This document shows positions 16,609 through 27,070 of a stretch of 61,942 nucleotides of DNA, in pieces. Location of the stretch: positions 216,367 to 278,308 of the forward strand of contig DISV01000004.1 of NCBI GenBank assembly GCA_002422025.1, given 5' to 3'. Made by a program: the position numbers and the translations under genes. Numbering within the stretch: position 1 is the stretch's first letter; each line of letters opens with the position of its first letter. Below the pieces are notes generated by a model, which ran no database searches, was not told the origin of the DNA, and saw only the letters and a program-made list of their open reading frames with translations. This DNA comes from Patescibacteria group bacterium UBA6201 (GTDB taxonomy: Bacteria; Patescibacteriota; Minisyncoccia; Phycocordibacterales; UBA918).

Positions 16609-18336
16609 ATGACGGCGAACACTGATACACTAAAAAAGATTCGGACGTTTCGTTCTGATATGGAACGTCTAAAACCTGGTCCAAAATCAGAAACACCGAC
16701 TGTCGAACCGGTGCCCGCTCACCCTACAACACCTTTACCTTCAGTACTCAATGTCAAGAAACCAACCCCAGAAATTGTTGCTCCATCTTCTACCCCCTTT
16801 ACTGATAAGCCATTAGAAGCAGAGTTACCCACCACTACACCTAAAGTAATAGAATCTAAACCTGTTGTGCCAGAAGAGCCTATAAATAAGCCGTCTGCAC
16901 CCGTCTTGCTTTCTGTACCAAAAAACTCGGCCCTCTCCAAGGAAATGACCGCTAACCTCGGTACTCTATCCGAAACTACAACCTATAACCCAAGTGACAA
17001 ATTAAACGTGATGGATACCGACAGTGAAATAACTGAAGGTACAATCATCACCAATAAAAAACGAGAGCGCTTCAAATTACTACCAGCGATGGCGGAGGCG
17101 GTAAAGTCCTGGTTCTCTGAGGGTCGTGAAAACATTGAAAGACGGGTCGAGGAAAAACGATTAGCAACACCAACAGTCACTACCATTGAGGAGCGCAAGG
17201 ATGTAGTAAAGATGGCAGCACGTCAGAGTGCCCAGGCACCAAAAGATGACTATAAAAAGCTCACGGACCAGCTACCAAAAAGTTTAGGGGAAAAATCAGT
17301 GCCCGCTAAACCTTCGTTAGTTATCACCAAAAAAGCCCCCGAGGCAAAACCGAGTTGGAGTCACTACGAAGGAAAGGAAATAAAAACCGTAGCGCCAAAC
17401 GAAATGGTTGCTCCAAGTGAAAAGGGGCCAGAGAAACCACTAGTACCACCAGTTATCCCGTCACTAATTGTTAAGGAAGAACCGACCACAAAAGCCGAGG
17501 TTAGTACCACTGTGCCCAATGTGAGAGTTGAGCCAGTCGAGTTAACGATTAAAGATAAGCCAGTTCCACCTACACCACGTAAGTGGAAAGAAACACCACA
17601 ACCGAAAAGATTTGTGAAACTTTCGCGTTTCTCGTTTTACGCAGCCGCGGCAGTGGTAGCACTAGTTGCGGTAGTGGGTGGAGTGATGTTAACGATGTGG
17701 CTACTCGGATCGGGCAACGGATTGACGCCAACCACCCCAACTACTTCAACTGGACCAGTTGGAGTGCCGGAGCAGATGCCATTAATAAGTGCGGACCGAG
17801 AGACAGAAATCTTACTCCCTCGTTCTCGTACGTCATTTTACGAAGACATCCTAAAAAGCAGCCAAAACTCAGGTGGTATCAATGTAATAATTCCGAAGAT
17901 TGATAGCCTGGCTGATGGGACACCAGCCAGTATCAGCGACATTCTAGAGACCCTCGCTTGGCAAGCAAGTCCTGCACTCTTACGCTCTATCAGTGAGATG
18001 GATTTTGGAACACTGGGAATAACACCATTTATCGTGATGAGAGTTACTTCTTTTGACACTGCACTCGGCGGCCTCTTGTATGCAGAAGATAATCTGAGTA
18101 AAGATTTATCACCACTATTTGGTGAACCAGTGACTAGTTCATTCAATGTTTCAAAAACAAGTAGCGAGATACTCCCGGCTTACTTTGAAGATGACGTAGT
18201 GCGAAACCATGATGTTCGAGTACTCCGTGATGAGTTGGAGAAGGAAAGAATAGTCTATGGTTTCGTTAACCAAAACACCGTAATAATAACCACCGACAGA
18301 GGAACCTTTGCCACTCTAGCTGAAGCAATCCGTTAA
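16609..18336 (+). CDS. Hypothetical single-pass membrane protein with a Pro/Thr/Lys-rich N-terminal half
   Basis: 575 aa. About 330 aa of low-complexity Pro-rich region, a TM helix (FYAAAAVVALVAVVGGVMLTMWLLG), and a globular C-terminal domain of about 210 aa. No recognised family. Confidence 0.6.
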   Translation: MTANTDTLKKIRTFRSDMERLKPGPKSETPTVEPVPAHPTTPLPSVLNVKKPTPEIVAPSSTPFTDKPLEAELPTTTPKVIESKPVVPEEPINKPSAPVLLSVPKNSALSKEMTANLGTLSETTTYNPSDKLNVMDTDSEITEGTIITNKKRERFKLLPAMAEAVKSWFSEGRENIERRVEEKRLATPTVTTIEERKDVVKMAARQSAQAPKDDYKKLTDQLPKSLGEKSVPAKPSLVITKKAPEAKPSWSHYEGKEIKTVAPNEMVAPSEKGPEKPLVPPVIPSLIVKEEPTTKAEVSTTVPNVRVEPVELTIKDKPVPPTPRKWKETPQPKRFVKLSRFSFYAAAAVVALVAVVGGVMLTMWLLGSGNGLTPTTPTTSTGPVGVPEQMPLISADRETEILLPRSRTSFYEDILKSSQNSGGINVIIPKIDSLADGTPASISDILETLAWQASPALLRSISEMDFGTLGITPFIVMRVTSFDTALGGLLYAEDNLSKDLSPLFGEPVTSSFNVSKTSSEILPAYFEDDVVRNHDVRVLRDELEKERIVYGFVNQNTVIITTDRGTFATLAEAIR

Positions 18337-18517
18337 TCGGGAATGGAATACCCTCCCCAATTAACCATTCCACACTCATTCTAAAATTGTGGTTGCAAAA
18401 CTTCGCTTCGTCCTCACCATATACCAATATGGTTCGTACTCCAGCTTGTTTTTCACACAAAATTTGAAAATGAGATTAGTGTAGAAGCGTTAATTGGGAA
18501 TGGTATATAATATTTTT

Positions 18518-18877
18518 ATGGAAACAGAAAAATATAAGCTTGCACTTCAGACCGAGCTAAACCAGTTAAATAGCGAGATGAAAGAGTTGGGAGTAAAAAA
18601 TCCGGAGGTGAAGGGCGACTGGGTGGAACGAGCGAATGATTTAGACACCGTTAGTGCGGACCTGAATGACGTTGCCGATCGTACTGAAGAGTACGATGAA
18701 AGACGTGCTACTCTCGCCACACTCGAAGGTCGATACAACAACATCATGCACGCACTTAAAAAAATTGATGACGGAAGTTACGGAATTTGTGAAGTGTCTG
18801 GTGAGACAATTGAGGAGGACAGACTAGAAGCTAACCCGGCAGCACGCACTTGCAAGCTTCATATGAACGAAGGGTGA
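18518..18877 (+). CDS. DksA/TraR-family protein (C-terminal zinc-finger region partly degenerate)
   Basis: Coiled-coil N-terminus. C-terminal KKIDDGSYGICEVSGETIEEDRLEANPAARTC resembles the DksA C4 finger, but only two Cys are retained. Confidence 0.65.
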   Translation: METEKYKLALQTELNQLNSEMKELGVKNPEVKGDWVERANDLDTVSADLNDVADRTEEYDERRATLATLEGRYNNIMHALKKIDDGSYGICEVSGETIEEDRLEANPAARTCKLHMNEG

Positions 18878-18894
18878 TAAATTATATTTAAGTT

Positions 18895-20412
18895 ATGAGT
18901 CTCTCGCGAGTTTATACAGCCCAACCGGGAGTACTGCGCGGAGACATTATTACAATTGAAACTGACCTCTCGCGAGGTCTTTATTCGTTTGCAATTGTTG
19001 GCTTAGCGGGGAAAGCAGTTGAAGAATCTAAAGACCGAGTCAGTGCAGCTATTAAAAATTCTGGATTCATTTCACCAAAAAGTGACAACCAGAAAGTGGT
19101 GGTGTCGTTGGCTCCTGCAGATTTAAAAAAGGACGGGCCACTATTTGACCTACCGATTGCAATTGCCTACCTTCTCGCCGCCGGCATAATGAAGACTGAT
19201 ATAGAAAAAACTTTATTGATTGGCGAACTTTCACTAGACGGTAGCTTGCGTGAAGTTCGCGGCATATTGCCCGCGGTCACTGCCGGCAAGAAAGCTGGTT
19301 TCACGGAAATAATCGTACCCTACAATAACCAGGAAGAGGCAGCTCTAATAGACGGAATAAATATTTACGGAGCTAAGTCCTTAATCGAAGTGGTAAATCA
19401 TTTGGATACAAAACGCACTAGTCATGCATTACTGCAAGTCACTGAACCAACAGAAATAAAAGAACACTGGACCGACACCCACATAAGACTGGAGGACATC
19501 AAAGGCCAAGAGAGTGCCAAGCGCGGATTATTAATTGCTGCCGCCGGGCTCCATAACACCATAATGGCCGGACCACCTGGTACCGGGAAGACGATGCTAG
19601 CCAGAGCTTTCCAAGGATTACTACCACCGCTCTCCAAAGAAGAGGCACTCGAAGTAATGGCCATCCATTCCCTCGTCGGAAACCTAGAGGAGAGTATCTC
19701 GTCGGCCCCACCGTTTCGCACCCCGCATCACACCGCTAGTCACACAAGTCTAGTCGGTGGCGGAACCACTCCACGACCAGGCGAAGTGACTCTCTCGCAT
19801 CGGGGTGTTTTATTTATGGATGAGTTCCCTGAATTTGATAGACAATCTCTCGATGCCCTTCGCCAACCACTAGAGGACCGCTACGTCACTATATCGAGAG
19901 TAAAAGGGAGCGAAAAATTCCCGGCCGACTTTGTATTAATTGCTGCACTTAACCCTTACCGAGGGGTGGAGAACGGCAGTACCGATTATGCTGCCTCGAT
20001 GATTGATACTTATAAGAACAAAATATCCGGGCCAATACTAGATCGTATCGATTTGTGGCTCAACGTTCCACACGTGGATTACGACACATTAACAAAGAAG
20101 AGTGGAAATAGTGACGAAACCAAGTGGGCAAGAGAACGAGTGACAAAGTCACGCGAACGTCAGAAAGAGCGTCTCAAGGGGCGGGGAGTACCAGTGAATT
20201 CCCGTATGTCGAGCCGAGAACTCGAAGAGTTAGTTCCGCTATCAGGGGAAGTGAAAGACCTACTCCGCCAATCCTCTGTAAAACTAAACTTCTCACCCCG
20301 CTCTCTTCATCGTCTCATCAAAGTTGCTCGCACTATCGCGGACCTCGAAGATCAACCTGACCTAACTACCCATCACATCCTCGAAGCCTTGCAGTATCGA
20401 GTAAAATTTTGA
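18895..20412 (+). CDS. comM: YifB/ComM-family Mg-chelatase-like AAA+ ATPase
   Basis: Lon-protease-like N-domain. Walker A GPPGTGKTM and Walker B VLFMDEFPEF. C-terminal ChlI-like helical domain. Confidence 0.85.
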   Translation: MSLSRVYTAQPGVLRGDIITIETDLSRGLYSFAIVGLAGKAVEESKDRVSAAIKNSGFISPKSDNQKVVVSLAPADLKKDGPLFDLPIAIAYLLAAGIMKTDIEKTLLIGELSLDGSLREVRGILPAVTAGKKAGFTEIIVPYNNQEEAALIDGINIYGAKSLIEVVNHLDTKRTSHALLQVTEPTEIKEHWTDTHIRLEDIKGQESAKRGLLIAAAGLHNTIMAGPPGTGKTMLARAFQGLLPPLSKEEALEVMAIHSLVGNLEESISSAPPFRTPHHTASHTSLVGGGTTPRPGEVTLSHRGVLFMDEFPEFDRQSLDALRQPLEDRYVTISRVKGSEKFPADFVLIAALNPYRGVENGSTDYAASMIDTYKNKISGPILDRIDLWLNVPHVDYDTLTKKSGNSDETKWARERVTKSRERQKERLKGRGVPVNSRMSSRELEELVPLSGEVKDLLRQSSVKLNFSPRSLHRLIKVARTIADLEDQPDLTTHHILEALQYRVKF

Positions 20413-20542
20413 AATCATCACAGAAGTACTACCTAAACCTATTTAAAAATAGATGTAAATACGCAGGTTGCAAGCTATGAAAGAATAGGACGTTTTCAAA
20501 AGACCTTTTGAAAGAAATCTAATGGGCTATAATTAAAACACT

Positions 20543-21673
20543 ATGATAAATGTACAACAACGGCTCTGGAATAAGGAAGAAGGCTGGCGTAAACCAATTG
20601 GTGATTTGCCAGGAGAGCCTCAGTTAGTATTTGTTTTTGGTAGTCGGCTACTCGTAGCGGAACCATCTTTATACGAACAACTGCGGCAATTTTACAAAGA
20701 CGCTTATATTCTCATCGGCTCAACCGCCGGCAATATCTTTGGTGGTGAAGTTAGTGACGATTCAATTACCGTGTCCGCTCTTCATTTCGAAAAAACAAAA
20801 ATTTGGTACGCAGAGACTACTGTTGAAAATGCATTTGATAGTCAAAACGTAGGCAAAAAATTAGCAGAGTTTCTACCACAAGAAGATTTGGTGCATTCGT
20901 TTGTACTAAGTGACGGACTATTAGTAAATGGCACTGAGCTGGCAGCGAGCATCAATCAATATCTACCAAAAAATGTCACAGTAACCGGCGGTCTGTCCGG
21001 TGATGGTAATGATTTTAATGAAACTTTAGTCGGAGTTAACAAAGCGCCCGAAGTGCAACATGTCGCCTTGATTGGGTTTTACGGTAAGGATCTACGAATT
21101 GGTTACGCCGCACACGGAGGCTGGCACCCAACAAAAAATACCTACACCATCACAAAGGCTAAAGGTAATGTGCTGTATGAACTGAATGGTGAACGAGCGC
21201 TTGACGTATACAAGAGACTACTTGGAGACAAGGTGAAAGAGCTCCCGGGTTCTGCCTTACTTTTTCCACTACAACTTGAACTACCAGATGAGGGTACGGT
21301 AACCCGCACAATCTTGGGAGTAGATGAGAGCGAGGGCTCAATGACTTTCGCTGGAGACATACCGGAGGGCCTTGTTACACAGATAATGAATTCCACTGAA
21401 GCAGACCTAATCGAAAGCGCTGGACAAGCAGGTAGGGAAGCTGCCATAGCTTCTGGTACACAGTTTGCATTATTAGTTAGCTGTGTCGGTCGCCGACTAC
21501 TACTTAAGGACCGTTCACGAGAAGAAGTAGCTAAGGTACGTGAAGCACTCGGAGAAAAAGTGCCGACTCACGGCTTCTATTCGTACGGAGAACTTTGTCC
21601 TGGTAAAGATTCGGGAAAACGTTGCTTACTCCATAACCAAACAATGACAGTAACCACCTTTGCAGAAATTTAA
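20543..21673 (+). CDS. FIST-domain (FIST_N plus FIST_C) sensory protein
   Basis: Length and pattern fit. FALLVSCVGRR and THGFYSYGEL near the C-terminus are characteristic of FIST_C. Confidence 0.65.
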   Translation: MINVQQRLWNKEEGWRKPIGDLPGEPQLVFVFGSRLLVAEPSLYEQLRQFYKDAYILIGSTAGNIFGGEVSDDSITVSALHFEKTKIWYAETTVENAFDSQNVGKKLAEFLPQEDLVHSFVLSDGLLVNGTELAASINQYLPKNVTVTGGLSGDGNDFNETLVGVNKAPEVQHVALIGFYGKDLRIGYAAHGGWHPTKNTYTITKAKGNVLYELNGERALDVYKRLLGDKVKELPGSALLFPLQLELPDEGTVTRTILGVDESEGSMTFAGDIPEGLVTQIMNSTEADLIESAGQAGREAAIASGTQFALLVSCVGRRLLLKDRSREEVAKVREALGEKVPTHGFYSYGELCPGKDSGKRCLLHNQTMTVTTFAEI

Positions 21674-21682
21674 GATTTTAAA

Positions 21683-21722
21683 AAACAAAACTGACTCGTC
21701 ATCTGACGAGTCAGTTTTGTTT
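21683..21722 (+). terminator. Intrinsic terminator
   Basis: aaaacaaaactgactcgtc-atc-tgacgagtcagttttgttt. Confidence 0.8.
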
Positions 21723-21876
21723 AACAGTCAGGAGATATGTAATCGTGCAACTTAGGATTTTTGGATGCAGTTGCGTTTGTTGGAGGAAGGGCCACGCAAA
21801 AGACGTAAATCATACTACGGCGACCAAGCGGACCGACTGAAGCGAATGTAAATGCGCCAAAAAGACAAGTCGACGC

Positions 21877-22944
21877 CTAAAATGGGTTTGAGGCTCCACG
21901 CACTTCAAAGTGTAGGTGAGCTCCAGTGGACTTCCCAGTAGTCCCGACATACCCAATCGTCTCTCCTGACTCAACTGACGCTCCGACACTAACCGCGTTA
22001 CTAGAAGTATGTGCATAGAGAGTCTGCGCGCCACTCGCATGCTTGATAACCATATAGTTTCCATAACCGCCATTCCAACCACCACTCTTTGAAACAATAA
22101 CTTCACCAGCGGCGGCGGCCCGAATAACAGTACCGGCAGCAGCGGCAAGGTCAACGGCGTTGTAACCGTGTATACCTTGTGTTCGGACTGCCCCAGGAAC
22201 TGGGTGAACGAAACCACCACCACCTGATGCACCGCCAGTAACCCGGGTTGGGGACGATCCACTTGAGCCGCTTGTTTTCTTAGGAGTAGCCTGGTGCATA
22301 ATGCCACCCGGAACTACTACAGTGTCTCCAGTTGCAATGTCAGTAGCTGACGCAAGACGGTTATATGAAATAATATCGCTAATCATCGCATCTACCTCTT
22401 CAGAACTTTCCGCACCATACTTCTTAGTAATGGACGCAAGGGTTTCACCATTTTTTACAACGTGTCGCACACCAGTAATCGGCAAGATAATTAAAGTATC
22501 CCCTGGTTGAACTGACTTAGGATCACTGATGTCATTGGCCCACAAAATAGTGTTAACGGAAACTCCATACATTTCAGCAATATGGGAGAGTGTCTCACAT
22601 CGCTCGGCCGTACATGGGCGCACAACATGAACACCAATTTCGCCACCGAGATTTGTTGCATCAGTATTTTCAGAAAAAGGACCACTAGATTGTAGTGCCC
22701 CTTCTTCGACGATAATGTCGCCTCCACCTTGATTTGACTTCAAATCAGGACCAGTCGCTGAAGACAATAACTTCACTTCTCCTGCTCCAGATGTGGATTG
22801 TGGTTTTTCATAAACCAAAGTATCACCATTTAAAAGGCCGGCTACACTAGATAGCCAACCAGCCTGTACGGAGAGGGGAACAATAATGAGTAAAACCACT
22901 ACCGCCGCTTCTAGAAAGCGAGTTTGTTTATGGTTTAAATTCAA
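21877..22944 (-). CDS. LysM-domain M23-family peptidoglycan metalloendopeptidase
   Basis: Signal peptide. Two LysM-like repeats (HVVRPCTAERCETLSHIAEMYGVSVNTILWAN and HVVKNGETLASITKKYG). M23 core with HGYNAVDLAA and GAHLHFEV. The start is a TTG. Confidence 0.85.
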   Translation of the reverse strand: MNLNHKQTRFLEAAVVVLLIIVPLSVQAGWLSSVAGLLNGDTLVYEKPQSTSGAGEVKLLSSATGPDLKSNQGGGDIIVEEGALQSSGPFSENTDATNLGGEIGVHVVRPCTAERCETLSHIAEMYGVSVNTILWANDISDPKSVQPGDTLIILPITGVRHVVKNGETLASITKKYGAESSEEVDAMISDIISYNRLASATDIATGDTVVVPGGIMHQATPKKTSGSSGSSPTRVTGGASGGGGFVHPVPGAVRTQGIHGYNAVDLAAAAGTVIRAAAAGEVIVSKSGGWNGGYGNYMVIKHASGAQTLYAHTSSNAVSVGASVESGETIGYVGTTGKSTGAHLHFEVRGASNPF

Positions 22945-23276
22945 CCTTGTATATATGGTCCGAAGTATACGGGGGGCTATGGAACCCTCTTCGGAGTCTG
23001 GATTTGCAGGTTTTATAAGTTCTAGTTTTAAGGACTCACCGCCGTACTTCCACTACAGTCATTTAGTCAAACAAAAAGAGCGCAACCGCTCGTAACCAAT
23101 ATGATACTAGAGCTAGAGGATGACACAATTGACTAAAGTGTAGTTTTCCACTCTTTTAAAAAACACTATTTCTATAAGGCCTGTTAAGGGTTTTCTAACT
23201 ATTGACATTACATTGTAAATATTTTTTGATTTAAAAGTTGGGGTAACCGAGTCGATACGGCTATAATGTGCCAGCG

Positions 23277-25256
23277 ATGAGATATTTAGAAAGTCTAAAC
23301 GAAAGACAAAAAGAAGCGGTCCTGACCACAGAAGGACCATTGTTGGTATTGGCGGGTGCAGGTAGCGGTAAAACCAAGACCATTACTCACCGTATCGTAC
23401 ACCTGATTCACAAAGGTGTAGCGCCTCACAATATCTTGGCAGTCACCTTCACCAACAAGGCAGCGAAGGAGATGCGCGAACGGGCCCTTACACTTATTAA
23501 GGAATACCCTCCATCAGAACGCGCTTTGCTCGACTCTATCCCTGTCATTACCACCTTTCACTCTTTTGGAGTCAGACTACTTAGAGAGTTCCATGAAGCA
23601 GCTGGACTGCGACGACACTTCACTATCTTTGACCGAGCAGATAGCGTTCGTGCTATAAAGGCTGCTATTGAAAAGGCCGGCTACAACCCAAAAGAATTTG
23701 AACCTCGTCGTGTCTTATCTATAATTTCACGAGCCAAGGGGGATGCGCTATCAAGGGGAGATTTTGCAGATGAAGCACGTACTTACCCGGAGAAAGTAGC
23801 AGTCACGGTTTGGGCGCATTATGAAGAAAAATTGCGTGAGGACCACGCTTTGGATTTTGACGATTTGTTATTAAAGACATTGAGACTATTAGAATCCAAC
23901 CAGACTGTAAGGGACGTACTCCAAAATCGTTTCCGTTATATTCATATTGACGAGTATCAAGATACCAACAAAGTGCAATACGCGTTAGCACGTATATTGT
24001 CTGGAAAATATCAAAATCTTTGCGTAGTGGGTGATATCGATCAATCAATTTATTCGTGGCGCGGAGCAGACATCAAGAATGTCTTGCAGTTTGAAAAACA
24101 TTTTCCGAAAACTAAAGTAATCCTACTCGAAGAAAACTATCGCAGTACCAAAACGATTGTGGAAGCTTCAAATAAAGTAATAGCCAAGAACCAAAATCGT
24201 GTAGAAAAAACAGTATTCACCAACAACCAGGAGGGGGAAAAAATCACAGTGTTTGGTGCATTCTCTGGTGGAGATGAAGCTGATTACATAGCAAGAGAAG
24301 CCGCTAAAATAATAGAGAACGGTGCCTCTCCATCGGAGGTGGCGGTCTTATTTAGAACCAACTTCCAATCACGCGCCTTAGAGGAAGCTTTTCTCAATCA
24401 GGACATTCCTTATCAAGTACTAGGAGTAAAATTCTTTGAGCGTAAGGAGGTGAAGGACGTGTTGTCGTACCTACGACTTTCCCTTAATCCTGGTTCAAGT
24501 GCGGATTTAGCACGCGTCATTAACTCACCAGTCAGAGGAATTGGCAAAGTAACTGTGCTTAAAATCCTATCTGGGCAGAGAGATGAACTAAAAGGAACAA
24601 CTTTAGGTAAGGTAGAAGCCTTCGATCAGATGATTATGGATATAGCCGACGAAGCCAGGACAAAAAAACTTTCTGAAACCCTGCGTTTTATCATTACTCG
24701 AACCGGACTCGAAATGACCCTAAAAAAGGGTGGGACTGACGAGGATTTGGAGCGACTTGAGAACTTACGCGAGTTGGTTTCACTATCGACTCGTTACGAC
24801 GAAATGGGTCCAGAGGAAGGGGTAGAGGCGCTACTAGAAGACGCTGCCCTGCAAAGTGACCAGGACGAGATTAAAGAAAAAGAGGAAAAGAATGCAGTGT
24901 TACTAATGACTGTGCACGCGGCCAAAGGTTTGGAGTTTCCTTATGTTTTTGTCAGTGGACTTGAGGAAGGATTGTTTCCGCATGAGCGACTCGATGATGG
25001 TGGTATTGACCAAGAGGAAGAAAGGCGATTATTTTACGTAGCTCTAACCCGCGCCGGAAGAAAGCTCTGGCTCACCTACGCTAATTCACGGATGATATTT
25101 GGTTCAACAAGAGTTAACCTACCATCTTCTTTTCTATCTGATATTGATGCGGAGTTAGTGGAACACGAAGGTTCAGGACGGGCTGGTGGAAAAGCGGCTC
25201 GTCCGGCAGGACTACTCGATGATTGGGACGATTTTGAAAACATCATTGAGATTTAA
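23277..25256 (+). CDS. pcrA: ATP-dependent DNA helicase PcrA/UvrD (SF1)
   Basis: LNERQKEAV, AGAGSGKT (motif I), DEYQDTN (motif II), LEENYRST, VHAAKGLEF, and YVALTRA. Confidence 0.9.
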   Translation: MRYLESLNERQKEAVLTTEGPLLVLAGAGSGKTKTITHRIVHLIHKGVAPHNILAVTFTNKAAKEMRERALTLIKEYPPSERALLDSIPVITTFHSFGVRLLREFHEAAGLRRHFTIFDRADSVRAIKAAIEKAGYNPKEFEPRRVLSIISRAKGDALSRGDFADEARTYPEKVAVTVWAHYEEKLREDHALDFDDLLLKTLRLLESNQTVRDVLQNRFRYIHIDEYQDTNKVQYALARILSGKYQNLCVVGDIDQSIYSWRGADIKNVLQFEKHFPKTKVILLEENYRSTKTIVEASNKVIAKNQNRVEKTVFTNNQEGEKITVFGAFSGGDEADYIAREAAKIIENGASPSEVAVLFRTNFQSRALEEAFLNQDIPYQVLGVKFFERKEVKDVLSYLRLSLNPGSSADLARVINSPVRGIGKVTVLKILSGQRDELKGTTLGKVEAFDQMIMDIADEARTKKLSETLRFIITRTGLEMTLKKGGTDEDLERLENLRELVSLSTRYDEMGPEEGVEALLEDAALQSDQDEIKEKEEKNAVLLMTVHAAKGLEFPYVFVSGLEEGLFPHERLDDGGIDQEEERRLFYVALTRAGRKLWLTYANSRMIFGSTRVNLPSSFLSDIDAELVEHEGSGRAGGKAARPAGLLDDWDDFENIIEI

Positions 25257-25264
25257 CTTTGGGC

Positions 25265-25296
25265 CCTTCTGTATATCATTAATGATATACAGAAGG
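25265..25296. terminator. Perfect 32-nt palindrome between pcrA and rsmA
   Basis: ccttctgtatatcatt / aatgatatacagaagg. No clear T run, so it may be a terminator or a protein-binding site. Confidence 0.4.
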
Positions 25297-25342
25297 CATG
25301 TAAGCATAGCTGGCTTCTTTTGTATTTAGTGGGTAATCACGT

Positions 25343-26167
25343 ATGCTGATTAGAATGGATAAGTTTGAAACTAAGAAATCGTTAGGGCAAAATTTTCTAA
25401 ACAGTAAGGTGGTACCGGAGTGGCTTTGTGATGCCGGGGAAGTGGTGAGTGGAGATTTGGTTTTAGAGATTGGACCTGGTACTGGCGCCTTGACGCAGGT
25501 GCTAATAGAGCATGGTGCACACGTGCTCGCTCTTGAAGCAGATCTACGCGCTATCGAGGTCCTCGAAGATAAATTCAAAGATGAAATAAAAAGTGGACAA
25601 CTAACCCTCGAGCACGCTGATGTTCGAGAATTGGATTTATCTAAGCTCCAACTCAAAGACCATAGTTTCAAGGTAGTCGCTAATATTCCATACTACCTAA
25701 CAGGATTCCTGTTCCGAGTTCTACTATCACGCGACATTCAACCTTCAACACTAGTCTTCTTGGTGCAAAAAGAGGTAGGGAAGAGAGCATCATCAAACAT
25801 ACAGAAGGGAGACAAGGAGTCGTTACTGTCTCTATCTCTTCAAGCTTTTGGCGAAGTAAAGTATGTGAAGAGTGTTGGAAGGGGTCATTTCACACCATCA
25901 CCTAAGGTGGATTCCGCTATCGTTGCGGTTTATAACATTAATCGTGATAAGTTCGCTGAGCATTCGGCCGACTTCTTTTTTGAGATACTCCATTTAGGCT
26001 TTGGTTCAAAAAGGAAACAATTGCTGGGTAATTTGGCTAAAAAATATACCCGAGCGAGGCTTCTACAGTTATTTAATGAGGCAGATATAGCGCCTGATGC
26101 TCGTGCTGAGGATGTCCCGATTTGGAAATGGCTTACCTTAACTAGAGCTCTAGAAGAGAAACAGTAG
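25343..26167 (+). CDS. rsmA: 16S rRNA (adenine1518/1519-N6)-dimethyltransferase
   Basis: KKSLGQNFL, the SAM-binding LEIGPGTGALT, and NIPYY motifs. An alternative ATG lies at 25355. Confidence 0.9.
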   Translation: MLIRMDKFETKKSLGQNFLNSKVVPEWLCDAGEVVSGDLVLEIGPGTGALTQVLIEHGAHVLALEADLRAIEVLEDKFKDEIKSGQLTLEHADVRELDLSKLQLKDHSFKVVANIPYYLTGFLFRVLLSRDIQPSTLVFLVQKEVGKRASSNIQKGDKESLLSLSLQAFGEVKYVKSVGRGHFTPSPKVDSAIVAVYNINRDKFAEHSADFFFEILHLGFGSKRKQLLGNLAKKYTRARLLQLFNEADIAPDARAEDVPIWKWLTLTRALEEKQ

Positions 26168-26236
26168 CTGTCACATCCATTACACTGGATAACAGTCACC
26201 CTAGACATACTGTCGACTGCTATAATATGAACACTA

Positions 26237-27070
26237 ATGAGAATAAACCCTCGCATTGCGGTAGCATTCGTGGTCGGCCTCACTATGGTGGGCGGTTCCT
26301 ATTTGTTGTCCCAAAATTCTGAACCAACAACTATCAACAATCAAATGTTAATAGCCATAGAGAATCCAGCGCGAAAATTCATCGACGTCACTGATAATGA
26401 CCAAGATGGTTTACCAGATTGGCAAAATTCTCTTTCACTCAATACCATAAACCTCAATGAAGAAGACGAGGGAACAAGGACCAGCGCCCTAGCTATCAAA
26501 CTGGCTACCTTAACCACCGCCTCCGAGGCTAATTCGGACACCATTCTTGCGTCCGTAGGAAGCGACTTGGCCCGTGAGGGGTTAGACACAGAGTTTACTC
26601 GGGAAGATATAACTATAGTTGAGGATAACACCCCCGACTCACTACACTCTTATGGTAACAAGGTAGCAGCAATCGCTCTTGATAACGCTCCACCAGCTGG
26701 TACGGAAGATGAATTAACTATTCTTAATCGAGCCTTAGTTCGCAATGATATCAATGTTCTTGAAAATCTCTCTCCGACTATCGTTTCTTATGAGAGAATG
26801 ATAGAGGCAATGCTAGCGACCAAAGTACCATCATCGATGGTACGGGAACATTTGTCTTTACTTAATGTCTACCAAGCTATCTTAAATGACATCAAAGGTT
26901 TCCAAGGAGTTTTCACCGATGCTTTGCCAGCCATGATTCGCTTCCGCCGCTATCAGGCTGATGTTGAGGCTCTGTATGTTGCCCTTAATCTCTTATACCT
27001 ACAATTAGATGACCGAGGTATAGAGTGGGGGGCAAGTGATCGAGCTTCACAATTCATCGTTATAGAATGA
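26237..27070 (+). CDS. Hypothetical membrane-anchored protein, first gene of the T4SS-like locus
   Basis: N-terminal TM anchor. DNDQDGLPDWQN calcium-binding-like (thrombospondin type 3-like) motif. Otherwise unknown. Confidence 0.6.
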   Translation: MRINPRIAVAFVVGLTMVGGSYLLSQNSEPTTINNQMLIAIENPARKFIDVTDNDQDGLPDWQNSLSLNTINLNEEDEGTRTSALAIKLATLTTASEANSDTILASVGSDLAREGLDTEFTREDITIVEDNTPDSLHSYGNKVAAIALDNAPPAGTEDELTILNRALVRNDINVLENLSPTIVSYERMIEAMLATKVPSSMVREHLSLLNVYQAILNDIKGFQGVFTDALPAMIRFRRYQADVEALYVALNLLYLQLDDRGIEWGASDRASQFIVIE

